Below, piece by piece: positions 28,611 to 38,554 of a stretch of DNA of 64,000 bases. The stretch spans positions 64,001 through 128,000 of the IMG/VR virus record IMGVR_UViG_3300032321_001270; one strand, given 5' to 3'. Position 1 is the first letter of the stretch. Each line of letters opens with the position of its first letter. The position numbers were made by a program, and so were the translations under genes. The DNA comes from a virus (taxonomy: Duplodnaviria > Caudoviricetes). The notes under the pieces were generated by a model. It was not told the DNA's origin. It did not search any database and saw only the letters and a list, made by a program, of their open reading frames with translations.

Positions 28611-30542
28611 CTACTGAGCAGGCGGAGCCCCTTGCGGTTGTCCTTGCCCAAATTGCTGCGCCATCATCATTGCGCCACCCTGAGACCGCGCCTGCTGACG
28701 AATATCGTCGATGATGCTCGTAACCAATGCGTGCATCGTGGCGTCAGAGCGCTTTAGCTTAATCAGTTCAGAATCCTTTACAGACTCGGGCATAGACAGC
28801 AACTGGTTGGCTATAAGCTGGGCCTGTTGCTGTAGGTCTTCGGGCGTTCGCGGCACATTTGGCGCGTTCTGTCGCTGCGATAAGAACTGGTCGACAGGAC
28901 TCGGCATCTGACCGGGGACGCCACCAGCGGGCGCGCCGCCCTGCGCCGGCGCCGGCATACCGGTGGCCCCAGCGCCGGTATTACCGACGCCCGCTGTCAT
29001 GTCCGGCGATTGACTCATGTCTTTCATTTGCTGCGCCTGCTGCATCTCAGCCTGCATGCGCTCTTGCTCTTCCGCGTAGATCTTTTCCTCTTCAAGCATC
29101 TGCTTGATTTCGTCTTTGTAATCAAGCCCGACACTGGCAAGCCCAGTGCTCTTGCTGATCTGTTGACCCTGCATAAGCTGCAACTTCGCCATCTGGCGAT
29201 TGAGGTCGTCAGCATGCGTGACACGGACAAGTTTCGCGTTAACCGGCTCCCACGACATGACTCGGGAAAGCGACGATGCAAGTTCGTTTAAGAACAAGTT
29301 CATGTTGTGCGGCAAATGGCTCCAGTTCGCCTCAAATAGGCGTAACGCTGCCGGGGCTGCTTGCAGCGTCAGCGTGCCGTTAAACAGTTCCACTGGCATG
29401 CCGATGCATTTCAGCAACGTTTCAAGACCCTGATCCAGTAACTCGCGCGGGGCAAGCTGCTGCGCGTCGCCGCCCAGCGCCTGATAATTGACCGGAAACG
29501 GCAAAACATTCCAGCGCGCCGGATCGGTGCGGCGTGCACGAATCATGGCATTAACGCGCGCTGTAAAGCTGGATAAATTAATCGTGTGCACCGGGTCGGA
29601 AGACTGCCCGTCACCGCCGCGTGGCGCCGGCGTAATCACGCGGAACGGGATAACATAATCCAGCGCTACTGCTTCGTTGTAACGCTGTAGAATCTGGTAG
29701 TACCAAGCCTGCCGGAAGTTTGCGAGGATGCGAGAAATACCCCAGCCGCGATTACGCATGCCGGCCAGCGCATCTTCGCGCAGATGAAAAACGACGCCCT
29801 TATCAAACATCAAATTCTTGCCATCTTTGATTGCCTGAATAACTTCCCAGCTCGCGCGCTCAAGATGGTGAAGATGACCTTGCTTGATAAGCGTCCGATA
29901 ATCTTCAGGGATCTTCCACACATACGAGCACTCGCCGGTATACGGATCCCACAGCAGATCAATCTCGTGCGGGCTCCAACGTTTAACCGAGATGTGCCCG
30001 GTGTCACCACTGCGGCGGTCGATGTGCTTCCACGGGCCGACATATTTGCAGTTCGGACACGTAGCGTGAAACTGAAAGTTCTGCCATGAAAACGCGCAAG
30101 CGTCAGAGTTGTGCACGCGGTCAAGCGGCATCTCAAGCGCGCACTTCGGGCAGAAGAGGTAGCGGCGAAACGGGATAATAAGGCTGGTAAAAGAATTGCC
30201 GTAGGTCATGTAATCCATGCCAACGGTTTTCAGCACGTTCTTAATACTGAGCGTTTCAGATAAAAACGTCTGATACTTTTCTTTCTCTTCCCGACCAGTC
30301 TTGTTTTCGCCGATGTCTTGAATTTCGACGTCTGTAATAAAGTACGAGACAACGCGGTCAATGGCCTGCCGGTAGGGGCCATTCGCGTTCATGATGTATT
30401 CAGACCAGCGCAGCGCCGTCTGGATGCTCTCGGGCATCGACAGGCTGGCTACGTCGCAAAACGGGTCGGGAAATCGCTCGTCGGCCTGAACGCCGCGGCC
30501 GAGCGAGTTGTACCCCATAGAAGCTGCAGGTAATAGCGTCAC
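28611..30542 (-). CDS. Probable portal protein
   Basis: 643 aa; typical layout (YRQAIDRVVSYF, W.P..I, GISRI, low-complexity Q/P/M-rich C-terminus); GTG with GAGG. Assignment is by recalled similarity only. Confidence 0.55.
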   Translation of the reverse strand: MTLLPAASMGYNSLGRGVQADERFPDPFCDVASLSMPESIQTALRWSEYIMNANGPYRQAIDRVVSYFITDVEIQDIGENKTGREEKEKYQTFLSETLSIKNVLKTVGMDYMTYGNSFTSLIIPFRRYLFCPKCALEMPLDRVHNSDACAFSWQNFQFHATCPNCKYVGPWKHIDRRSGDTGHISVKRWSPHEIDLLWDPYTGECSYVWKIPEDYRTLIKQGHLHHLERASWEVIQAIKDGKNLMFDKGVVFHLREDALAGMRNRGWGISRILANFRQAWYYQILQRYNEAVALDYVIPFRVITPAPRGGDGQSSDPVHTINLSSFTARVNAMIRARRTDPARWNVLPFPVNYQALGGDAQQLAPRELLDQGLETLLKCIGMPVELFNGTLTLQAAPAALRLFEANWSHLPHNMNLFLNELASSLSRVMSWEPVNAKLVRVTHADDLNRQMAKLQLMQGQQISKSTGLASVGLDYKDEIKQMLEEEKIYAEEQERMQAEMQQAQQMKDMSQSPDMTAGVGNTGAGATGMPAPAQGGAPAGGVPGQMPSPVDQFLSQRQNAPNVPRTPEDLQQQAQLIANQLLSMPESVKDSELIKLKRSDATMHALVTSIIDDIRQQARSQGGAMMMAQQFGQGQPQGAPPAQ

Positions 30543-30556
30543 AATCGCCTCGTGCG

Positions 30557-30703
30557 TTATTTACTAGCGTGCTTGGATGCGTCGGCAGCGCGTTTACGGA
30601 AGTCGCTGTCGAGCTGCTGAATTTGAGCCTGCTTTTCCTGACTCTTAGAAACGGGCTCGTCAGGCGGCGTGACGCCAGCTTTGATAACAGCGCGCTTTTC
30701 CAT
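30557..30703 (-). CDS. Small hypothetical protein (48 aa)
   Basis: MEKRAVIKAGVTP...; ATG at 30703 directly follows the upstream stop (3' part of track ORF 30557..31018). Confidence 0.55.
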   Translation of the reverse strand: MEKRAVIKAGVTPPDEPVSKSQEKQAQIQQLDSDFRKRAADASKHASK

Positions 30704-30704
30704 T

Positions 30705-31625
30705 TTATTCCTCGTCGTAATTTGCCCGCAGGGCCCGCTCAACAAGTAAAACGCAATACTCGCGGTTATCATAAACATACTGAAATCCGGTCGTATGGAC
30801 AAGGTACAAACGGCGGTCGTCGTTAATTTGAGCGGCCCAAGGACGCTGATACGGATCGTTTGACGGTGGGAACCAGCGGGCCGCATTTTGTTCAAAACGT
30901 AAGTCGTAAACAAGAACGATAAAACCGCTCTCCTCCGCGCTGTCTGGTTCTTTCTGCGCGACAGAAATAATGATGTCGTGAAAAAAAGCGGGGACGGTGC
31001 CAATACCTTCTTTCTCAAAATACACCAGTTTCTGCGGCGGGCCAGATTTTTGCGCCGGAGTAACTGGCGGCGGGGCCTGCGTAGCGGACTGCTTTTTTAA
31101 TCCGAACGCCGCCATCGGGCTGTAGTTCCTGTCTATTTTTTCAATCGGCGGTAACTGCGGCTGGATAGGCTGCGCGGCTTCAGCAGCTAGCTCGGCAATA
31201 ACCTGTTCTTCTTCGTATTCTTCAACAACTTGCGGCGGCGAGCGGAGGGCTGCTTTTTTAACCGGCACTCGCTGTACGCCGGTTTTTTCACCTTTTGCCA
31301 GTTCCTCAAATACCATGGCTGCACGCTCCCTTACGGAATTAATATCATTACCCGGAATCTGCGATCGTGCGACAGCCATGGCATTCTCAATTGCAGGGCC
31401 ATTCATTTGCGATAGTGTGAGGCCGCCGACGTTCGCGCCATTAGGATCAACAACGTTTATTTTGATTTTCGCCCGGTCGTGCGGATCGAAATTGATGGGG
31501 ATTCCGCCCGGTGTTGCAGGAGCTACCACGACGCCGCGCAAGCCCTTTACACCGCCGCGCATGACATCCAGCATGGACCGGCCGTTTTCCATGCGTTCCT
31601 GTGACGGATCTCTATAGCCGCTCAT
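30705..31625 (-). CDS. Hypothetical protein
   Basis: 306-aa ORF with GGAG upstream. Confidence 0.7.
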   Translation of the reverse strand: MSGYRDPSQERMENGRSMLDVMRGGVKGLRGVVVAPATPGGIPINFDPHDRAKIKINVVDPNGANVGGLTLSQMNGPAIENAMAVARSQIPGNDINSVRERAAMVFEELAKGEKTGVQRVPVKKAALRSPPQVVEEYEEEQVIAELAAEAAQPIQPQLPPIEKIDRNYSPMAAFGLKKQSATQAPPPVTPAQKSGPPQKLVYFEKEGIGTVPAFFHDIIISVAQKEPDSAEESGFIVLVYDLRFEQNAARWFPPSNDPYQRPWAAQINDDRRLYLVHTTGFQYVYDNREYCVLLVERALRANYDEE

Positions 31626-31641
31626 AAAAGCTCCAATAGCT

Positions 31642-31685
31642 AAAAAAAGGGGGCAACGAGCGGCCGAAGCCTACACGTTGCCCCC
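31642..31685 (-). terminator. Rho-independent terminator with an extended hairpin
   Basis: Minus strand GGGGGCAACG-TGTA-GGC-TTCG-GCC-GCT-CGTTGCCCCC-TTTTTTT: a 10-bp outer stem followed by a U-tract. Confidence 0.8.
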
Positions 31686-31958
31686 GAAAGATTCTGACGT
31701 CAAATCGGGGCATACTGGGTATAGCTGTTCTTTCGGAATTCGAAAATACAGCCGACCAAGCGGAACCCCACCACCGCAAACTAGCCTTACGTGCTCTTCT
31801 GTTGGCAATACTTCTGCGAGTATTCTGCCGGAGATGAGCTGCGCTACCACCAAACCGATATCACTGTCGTCTGGGAAGAACGGCAGTGTACTTGGGGTTG
31901 TGTCGATTTCTAACAACCACGACAACGCCGAGTTTTCAGGTTTGATGAAATAACGCAT
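31671..31958 (-). CDS. Hypothetical protein
   Basis: Abuts the upstream stop; 95 aa. Confidence 0.65.
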   Translation of the reverse strand: MRYFIKPENSALSWLLEIDTTPSTLPFFPDDSDIGLVVAQLISGRILAEVLPTEEHVRLVCGGGVPLGRLYFRIPKEQLYPVCPDLTSESFGGNV

Positions 31959-31959
31959 G

Positions 31960-33159
31960 TCAGACTAGCGCGGCAGAGTTTGTTTCCGCGGGCGTATGAA
32001 ACTTATAGCCCTTGGGAACAAACTTAACAGGCGCCAACAGTTCACCAACATACGGGAACGGCACACTCTGCCATTCCTCAACCCGGTTAACCTGAATAGC
32101 GCTGAGTCGGCTCAGTACTAAAGGTTTATCCGGTGACAGCGCGGCTGTAAATAGCTCTTCATCGGTCGCTTCTCGCTGCGCCCGCTTGGGAGCCTGAAAC
32201 CGCAACAACGTCGCGGCCGCCGCCGGCATCTTTTCGATAGCCGTTTTGATATCAACCACTATCTCCATTGGACTATCCGGCGAAACCAGCGCATCGCACA
32301 TTTCCTCGTACGTCGGCTTGATATCTCCAAGCTCGCTGTACATGGCGCTGATCATATCGTCGAGAATCCACTGGGGAACACCCTCAGCGTCTTCGAGTCC
32401 GTGCCGGGCCAGAACCTTAGCGGCCGGGTTTGGAATCGAAACCGTCATGTCATTGACGGCGCCGAAGGGATTTCGATCAAGATCGCCCAACACAGGCGAA
32501 AAGTCCTCGATAGCCGCGTCGTGCTTGACGGCCAAGAAAACATTCTTGGCATCTTCTTCGGTCAGAGCGGCAACGTTAACATACGTCTTGTTGCCAAACT
32601 GCCGAACCATGCTATCGCGTAGCTTGCTGCGATAGCTTTCTACCAGCTCCGCCGGTGCGTTCTGGATCGCCAGTGCCGTCATCTTATCTTCGTCGACGCG
32701 CACGTGGTTACGAGCCGGAATATACACCATCGGCCAGCGGCACGGTTCAAACGCTAGCCTTTCGCCGCGCTTGTCCGCATATCCATAATCGCAAATAGCA
32801 TGAAGCATGTCGCAACCGCGCTTGGCATTCAGCCGGTGCTTTTGCTTCTTGATGCTAAGTTGCGCGCCAAAACCCTTGTGCGAGATGGGGGCTCGAAAGT
32901 CCCACTTGCCAAGAGTTTCAATGGTTATCTTGCCGGACCTATCAGCAATGGCCATAGCCACCGATAGATTCAGCCCCGCATTCTGGGTCACTTCAAGCAC
33001 AACCGCTGTCGGGCGAGCATCATCGCCAAACCGCCTAAAAGGCGTATCAAACTTTCTGTTTTCGCCGGCCAACCAGCTTACGGCCACTAGTCCCTCGCAG
33101 CGCGCAGCTACCCGGTCGAAAGCGTTGATGATGCTTGCCTGTGTCTTCGCGATATCCAC
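31960..33159 (-). CDS. Hypothetical protein
   Basis: 399-aa ORF; GTG with GGAG upstream. Confidence 0.7.
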   Translation of the reverse strand: MDIAKTQASIINAFDRVAARCEGLVAVSWLAGENRKFDTPFRRFGDDARPTAVVLEVTQNAGLNLSVAMAIADRSGKITIETLGKWDFRAPISHKGFGAQLSIKKQKHRLNAKRGCDMLHAICDYGYADKRGERLAFEPCRWPMVYIPARNHVRVDEDKMTALAIQNAPAELVESYRSKLRDSMVRQFGNKTYVNVAALTEEDAKNVFLAVKHDAAIEDFSPVLGDLDRNPFGAVNDMTVSIPNPAAKVLARHGLEDAEGVPQWILDDMISAMYSELGDIKPTYEEMCDALVSPDSPMEIVVDIKTAIEKMPAAAATLLRFQAPKRAQREATDEELFTAALSPDKPLVLSRLSAIQVNRVEEWQSVPFPYVGELLAPVKFVPKGYKFHTPAETNSAALV

Positions 33160-33367
33160 TGTCTACTCCTTTATTCAAGTTACCGTCCTTGACGTGGTTT
33201 CGGTCAAAGTGTTTCGACGAATATAGGGACCACTCTCTCGGTGTTACGACAATCTCTTCGTACTCCCCACTTGGAGTCTTGTCATAAAACTGAATGAGTG
33301 TCCGAGTTACATCGAGAACTTCCTGTCTCCGAACAGGCCGTCCTTTGAACCGAATAACATCACGCAC
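33047..33367 (-). CDS. Hypothetical protein
   Basis: Fills the 33160-33367 gap; overlaps the downstream gene by 113 nt. Confidence 0.5.
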   Translation of the reverse strand: MRDVIRFKGRPVRRQEVLDVTRTLIQFYDKTPSGEYEEIVVTPREWSLYSSKHFDRNHVKDGNLNKGVDSGYREDTGKHHQRFRPGSCALRGTSGRKLVGRRKQKV

Positions 33368-33472
33368 GCATGAATTCCCCCTTACAGCAATAAAGCTGCG
33401 GCTATAGAGCTTGTCCGCGAAAACGCTAAACGCGGTACAATAAATATGCCAGCTTATGCTGAAAAATTTAGT

Positions 33473-33910
33473 TCAGCTGTCGGGGTCTGGCAGAATGTTA
33501 TCAAAGACGTTAATCGTGTTTTCGTCTTCGTCAGAGAAGAAGTCGTCGGGATTCGTCGACGGCTTGTTACTGCCCTGAGTTTTGATCTCAGGCGGCGTTT
33601 CTAGATGGATAGGATCAGAACCAAGGTATCCAGTATCGTCCGGCTCGAAATTGTCTTTGGGTACATCGAACAGCGGTAGGTTGCCCCACGGTGTTAGCAA
33701 ATGCCTAAACGGCGGTTTAGATATCTGCAGCCGAGCACCTGCAAAACTGAATACCGATACGTCGTGGTCAATAAGGTCTTTCATGCGCTCCGTCATAGCC
33801 TCAAGCGCGTTAAACTCTTCGACGCCAAACTCGCCGTCAGCGCGGAGAATGACGATATAGAAATGCTCCGGCATGTCCGGCTGCTCGATCTTATTTTCTT
33901 CTTCGTCCAT
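33473..33910 (-). CDS. Acidic hypothetical protein
   Basis: Start overlaps the upstream stop (TAATG). Confidence 0.7.
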   Translation of the reverse strand: MDEEENKIEQPDMPEHFYIVILRADGEFGVEEFNALEAMTERMKDLIDHDVSVFSFAGARLQISKPPFRHLLTPWGNLPLFDVPKDNFEPDDTGYLGSDPIHLETPPEIKTQGSNKPSTNPDDFFSDEDENTINVFDNILPDPDS

Positions 33911-34554
33911 TACTCATCTCGCATATCGAGTGGATCTTTACCGTCGAAGCCGGCCGTCACACCAGCCGCATAAATACTGCGCGGCATCATGTTTAATGCA
34001 GCGCCGCTTAGTTTGCGAACGACAGCCGGGGCGTTTAACTGCGGATCTAAATATACAACAAACTGATTTGACATCACGCCAAAAACGGTGATATCCAAAA
34101 ACTGTCCGCTTTTCGACGTGGGGTCAAGCACGACAACCGAGTGAGAAAACGTACTCGCAAACATGCTGACTTTTGGGTCGGAGTAAGCGATACCGCCAAG
34201 AAAATCAAAACACTCTTCTCGGCGACGTTCGTCAATGCAGTACAACCGTTTATCCCAGTTCACCGTTTTTTTCTTTCCCGGCGCAGGACAAATTCCTACA
34301 CCAGAAAAAAAGTACTCGTCTGTTTTGACAAGATCGATGTGAAACGGACGAAGATCGCTTGACGCCGCAGGAAAGCGGGCATCAAACTCGATCACCGGGT
34401 CGCGGTCAAATCCGCCGTGAGTGAACAACAGCGCAGCGGTAAAAAGCACGAGCGGGTTGTCGCGCTGCTGCAGGGCGTCGGCGCACGACAACGCAGGTAT
34501 GCTGTCCGCGCCAGAGACAGCGTCGACCTGAATAAATGTGTTTGGCCTCAGCAT
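33910..34554 (-). CDS. Hypothetical protein
   Basis: Probable start MLRPNTF at 34554 within track ORF 33910..34710. Confidence 0.6.
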   Translation of the reverse strand: MLRPNTFIQVDAVSGADSIPALSCADALQQRDNPLVLFTAALLFTHGGFDRDPVIEFDARFPAASSDLRPFHIDLVKTDEYFFSGVGICPAPGKKKTVNWDKRLYCIDERRREECFDFLGGIAYSDPKVSMFASTFSHSVVVLDPTSKSGQFLDITVFGVMSNQFVVYLDPQLNAPAVVRKLSGAALNMMPRSIYAAGVTAGFDGKDPLDMRDE

Positions 34555-34564
34555 GGCGACCCCG

Positions 34565-35203
34565 TCATTTCTTGACGTTGACAAGCCCTGCGTTTGTCGT
34601 CTGAATGAGCAACAGTAACACAAACGCCGCGTCAACCACGTTATCAATACCCGTGGATTTATATTTTGCTGAGTCGAATGCGGCGCCGAGCGATTTATTT
34701 GCCGCGGCAATCATGTCTTCTTTGCTGGCTTTGCCACTACCGGTAGCAAACTTTTTAATAGTGCTGATCGCAAATCCGCTCGCGATAAGATTGGCTTCTT
34801 CGGCCCATGTTGCGACCGTCACCTTCATTCCGCCAAGCACTTCAGACGCCGTAGCAACACGCGACAACACTGCCGGAATGCCGAACTTCTTATTGACAAA
34901 AAACTCGCGCGGCGGTGTGTACTTTACGTCTTCGTAGCCAATGACGTCGGCCGCGGCTGTGTTTAAAAACGCACGCAGCCGAACAAAACGAGACGCGCCA
35001 GACTCCAGCCCCTGCACCGACAAATCCCATTGGAACAACTGCAGCTTTTCCTGCAGCATCTTTTTACCGGGGATAAAGTCGTAGACGGCCACGCCACAAT
35101 TACTGCCCAAGTCGAGCCCGAGGAATCTAATCGCGTCTGCTGGTTTTTTCTCAAGCTTAGCCCCAAACTGCTTGGGGTCTTTGTACATCCTGTACTTGGG
35201 CAC
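34565..35203 (-). CDS. ruvC: RuvC-like Holliday junction resolvase
   Basis: FLGLDLGSNCG (catalytic Asp), GYED, TIKKFATGSGKASKEDM and DNVVDAA motifs; GTG at 35203 follows AGGAG. Confidence 0.85.
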   Translation of the reverse strand: MPKYRMYKDPKQFGAKLEKKPADAIRFLGLDLGSNCGVAVYDFIPGKKMLQEKLQLFQWDLSVQGLESGASRFVRLRAFLNTAAADVIGYEDVKYTPPREFFVNKKFGIPAVLSRVATASEVLGGMKVTVATWAEEANLIASGFAISTIKKFATGSGKASKEDMIAAANKSLGAAFDSAKYKSTGIDNVVDAAFVLLLLIQTTNAGLVNVKK

Positions 35204-35216
35204 GCAACGCTCCTGA

Positions 35217-35894
35217 CTATTTCGGGCCGGGGTAATCGTTTTTCTGCGACGACCAAGCAACAAACCGCTGCCACAATGTTCGCGGCGGTTGTTTGACTAT
35301 CTCGGTTTCCTTGGCTTGATAAGTCAGCAACTTATCTTGCGCAGATTGCAACTCCTTATACACCAGATTGAGCCGCGTCTGCAAGACATCGTTCATCATT
35401 TTCAGATGCTCAGCCATAAAGTTTGCGTTGTACGTTGGTGTTCCGTTACGCGCCGCAAACTCAATAACGGTTGCAGAAAAGCGCGACATACCACCCGCTG
35501 CCGGCGACTCTTCTCCGATAACGGATACTTCACGCACCGCTTTGAACCACGCAGCGCAGAACACTTCACCGATCGCGGCAAACAACGCCAGACGAACTGG
35601 ATATCTAAACGCAAAAAATTCTCGGCGGTTCAAAGCCTGCTCAAACGTCTTTACAGGATCTGCGCCGTTGACGAAGTCGCGCTGAGCCGCGGCGAGCGCT
35701 TCAGCAATTTTTACAATCTCGTCTTGGGAGATGTTGTGCTGCACATACCAATTTGCAGCTTCTTCGGTGCGGGCGGCAGGATCTAAGTTTTCAATTGCAC
35801 GCACCATGAGTGTCGGCGTAATGTAGGCATAGTCGCGCTCAGGGTTGTAAAGCGGACCAGAATCACCTTTTTGCCGATAACCAATACTGCTCAT
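35217..35894 (-). CDS. Hypothetical protein with a C-terminal coiled coil
   Basis: Probable start MSSIGY at 35894. Confidence 0.65.
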   Translation of the reverse strand: MSSIGYRQKGDSGPLYNPERDYAYITPTLMVRAIENLDPAARTEEAANWYVQHNISQDEIVKIAEALAAAQRDFVNGADPVKTFEQALNRREFFAFRYPVRLALFAAIGEVFCAAWFKAVREVSVIGEESPAAGGMSRFSATVIEFAARNGTPTYNANFMAEHLKMMNDVLQTRLNLVYKELQSAQDKLLTYQAKETEIVKQPPRTLWQRFVAWSSQKNDYPGPK

Positions 35895-35907
35895 AAAAAA
35901 TCCTTTC

Positions 35908-36759
35908 TTAGTGCGTAGGCTCCGCCTGCTGCGCAGCCGAATGACGACACCGAATACACATAACGCCGCGGTCATTTGGGTCAAAGAACCCGTCGCTGCG
36001 GCATGTGTCGCAGTATCGTGTCACATACGTACGCGGGTGAGTAGCAAATTCGCACTGATCGTATCCAAGCCAGCAGTGCACGCACGAATGCTCGTACTGG
36101 TCTGGGCAAGGGCGGGCACGAGTTCGAACTTCAATGCGCGCGCGGTTTTCTTTAAACATGCTGCTGCTGACGCTGACCTTCGAAAAGAACGGTGTCTCCC
36201 GACTTTTGGCAGCTTCAACATGCGCGAAGAACAACAAGTTCACAAAATGCACTGCCGTCGTGTACGGGTAGGCACCCCACGGAGCAGAAAAACCAAGCGT
36301 CTGCGAAATCGCGCGGCAGCTGTTTGACGAGAAGAACTGCGTAAACGACATCGGACACGGCGAGCCGGCCAAAGCCCGACACTCGAATATGTAGCCCGGC
36401 GTGTTCTTACGCTTATACGGCCGGATATGCTCAACACGGACGGGCACTAGCTCGTCTTCAAGCTGCCGAGTCCACGGCAGAACAGGAATACCATCTTTAA
36501 GTTTTTCAACGTTTCCGGCTAACCTCCACGCCAGATCTGCTGCCATCCGTTTTGTTATCTTAGTTCCCGCCAATGCCCGAATAGAGTCGAACACGGCTGG
36601 CTGCGATACAGAATCAGGCAGCTCAGCCAACACATCGCGGCACATATCACGCAACGTGTCTCCTACCACGTTAGCGTCAAAATATGGTCGCAACGCGCGG
36701 CTGATAAGGCGATCGCGGCAGTGACGAATTCGGATGTAACTAAACGGCGGACGCGCCAT
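35908..36759 (-). CDS. Hypothetical protein with a Cys-rich (Zn-finger-like) C-terminus
   Basis: C-terminal CP...CVHC...C...CDTC...CIRC cluster. Confidence 0.7.
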   Translation of the reverse strand: MARPPFSYIRIRHCRDRLISRALRPYFDANVVGDTLRDMCRDVLAELPDSVSQPAVFDSIRALAGTKITKRMAADLAWRLAGNVEKLKDGIPVLPWTRQLEDELVPVRVEHIRPYKRKNTPGYIFECRALAGSPCPMSFTQFFSSNSCRAISQTLGFSAPWGAYPYTTAVHFVNLLFFAHVEAAKSRETPFFSKVSVSSSMFKENRARIEVRTRARPCPDQYEHSCVHCWLGYDQCEFATHPRTYVTRYCDTCRSDGFFDPNDRGVMCIRCRHSAAQQAEPTH

Positions 36760-37384
36760 TGCTACCCTCCAGCGTAACAGGGCTGGCTGGAATTTGTGCG
36801 CCAGAATCAGCTACGACAGTAGTTACACTCATAGCTTCAGCATCGCGAGTTACAACCTTACGGTCAGGGTTGTTGGCTTCCCACGTCTGCCGTGCCTTTG
36901 TGCATGTATCTTCGGCTGTCGTCGCAGTTTCTTTAATGGCGGCAGCTTCTTGCTGCAACGCAAGAATAATCGTCCCCAACTCACTCGACAGCAGGCTGGC
37001 GATGTCTCCAATGCATACTACGTTTTTCACAGAAGCTACAATCGGTTCGGAAGTCTTGCCGTCTTTCACCGTGCTAAACTTGATTGAAATCTCTTCAAGT
37101 TTCAGCGTAGCCGGCAGCGGATCACTGAGCGCTTTTCCATGCAGCTCAGAACCAATCTGCTTCAGCGCGTTAAAGCGAGTATACAACTCTTCCATCCGCG
37201 CAGCCGACTCTTTAATCAGCTCAGACGGATTGACGCGTACAACTTGTTGGGGCGCGTTAGCCGCCGCCTGTAAGGCTTTCGCAAGCGCTGACGCATCCAT
37301 CTTGATCGGGACCGATACGTTCGTAACCCCGGTGGAGCATGCGGCTTCAGACTTTACTGCGTCTACAATTGTCGTTTTTGACAT
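36740..37384 (-). CDS. Hypothetical protein
   Basis: 214-aa ORF with AGGA upstream. Confidence 0.65.
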   Translation of the reverse strand: MSKTTIVDAVKSEAACSTGVTNVSVPIKMDASALAKALQAAANAPQQVVRVNPSELIKESAARMEELYTRFNALKQIGSELHGKALSDPLPATLKLEEISIKFSTVKDGKTSEPIVASVKNVVCIGDIASLLSSELGTIILALQQEAAAIKETATTAEDTCTKARQTWEANNPDRKVVTRDAEAMSVTTVVADSGAQIPASPVTLEGSNGASAV

Positions 37385-37394
37385 TGTGTGTTCC

Positions 37395-37799
37395 TTATAA
37401 AAGTTTTACTGCAAAACCAAACCAATAACGCAAACCAGTATTGATATCTGTATCAGTGTCGTACAAAAGTTCAACTGGGTCGCCGGTTACCACGTAAAAA
37501 TGCGATACGGCGCCGGGCAGGTAACTCGCGCACGATAAACCCATCTGCAGCATAAAAGCTAGCGCGAGATCGGCTTTCGGACTGAGATCATACGAAAAAA
37601 TCGGAATGCGTAAATACTCGTCGTGCGCGCTGTGTGCCCACGTAGGCGACTCACCCGGCAAATAAGGCGCATCAAGCACATGCCAGTCTGCGCCGCCAAG
37701 TTTCTCGACCGGCAGCACACGGGCGGGCAGAAATGGTTCGCCGTCCGGCCAGTTTGACCGCGTTCTTTTCAAATCTATTCGATCCACTGATAGTTTCAT
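37395..37799 (-). CDS. Hypothetical protein
   Basis: ATGA overlap with the upstream gene. Confidence 0.65.
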   Translation of the reverse strand: MKLSVDRIDLKRTRSNWPDGEPFLPARVLPVEKLGGADWHVLDAPYLPGESPTWAHSAHDEYLRIPIFSYDLSPKADLALAFMLQMGLSCASYLPGAVSHFYVVTGDPVELLYDTDTDINTGLRYWFGFAVKLL

Positions 37800-38524
37800 G
37801 GACAGTAATCAAATCCTATTGGTTGCTCATTTTTACCGCGCTTCGAACCGGCGGCTTCAACACCGTCCGCGTTTGCGTTAATCCAAACACCGTCACGAAA
37901 ATGACCAAGTGCTAGATCTTGTTGACGGCATAGTTCGCCCAACATGACATCAACACCGCGATGCGTATTCGTGTGCGGCGGCCAGTCAAACTGTTGCAGG
38001 ACTGCTGTTTGCGCAGCCCACCAACTGCCGGCTGGAAAAGAAACATATGTCGCCGGTTCTTTCCCTGCGTACCACGGCTGAGCTTTAATCCACGCAGCCT
38101 GATTACCCGCTAAACGAGTGCGATAAATAGACCCGACAACGGAGTGGTGCCCAACCTGTTGCGTCAGCCGCGGCAGCCACTTTTCAACATCTACGTCTTG
38201 AGCCAGACAAGAGTCGTCGTCAAACCACATTGTGATCGGCGCTGAAATAGGCTGACTGTAAAACAACCGACGCATCATTGGGTACTTATTTACGTTTTCT
38301 GTAGAGTCCAAAAACATTGCCTTGGGGAAGTGAGCCTCGATTTGCTGCTGCAAAAATGTCCGAGTGTTCGCGCCAATCGCGTTGCACCCAAAACGAAATT
38401 CAATGTCGTGTTTTGTGAGTTCGCGCATGGGCGTGTTTAAAACACGTTGCGCAAGCTTAAAGCACGTAGCGTCGTTGCCGTAAAACAACACGCACACACA
38501 GATTGCAGCGGCTCCATCCGCCAT
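37796..38524 (-). CDS. GT-A fold (GT2-like) glycosyltransferase homolog
   Basis: Hydrophobic beta strand ICVCVLFY; N...KYPMMR; MWFDDDS (DxD) motif; D..LGEL... Confidence 0.55.
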   Translation of the reverse strand: MADGAAAICVCVLFYGNDATCFKLAQRVLNTPMRELTKHDIEFRFGCNAIGANTRTFLQQQIEAHFPKAMFLDSTENVNKYPMMRRLFYSQPISAPITMWFDDDSCLAQDVDVEKWLPRLTQQVGHHSVVGSIYRTRLAGNQAAWIKAQPWYAGKEPATYVSFPAGSWWAAQTAVLQQFDWPPHTNTHRGVDVMLGELCRQQDLALGHFRDGVWINANADGVEAAGSKRGKNEQPIGFDYCP

Positions 38525-38554
38525 AACCGGCTCCGTCCGACAGTCATTGTCGTG

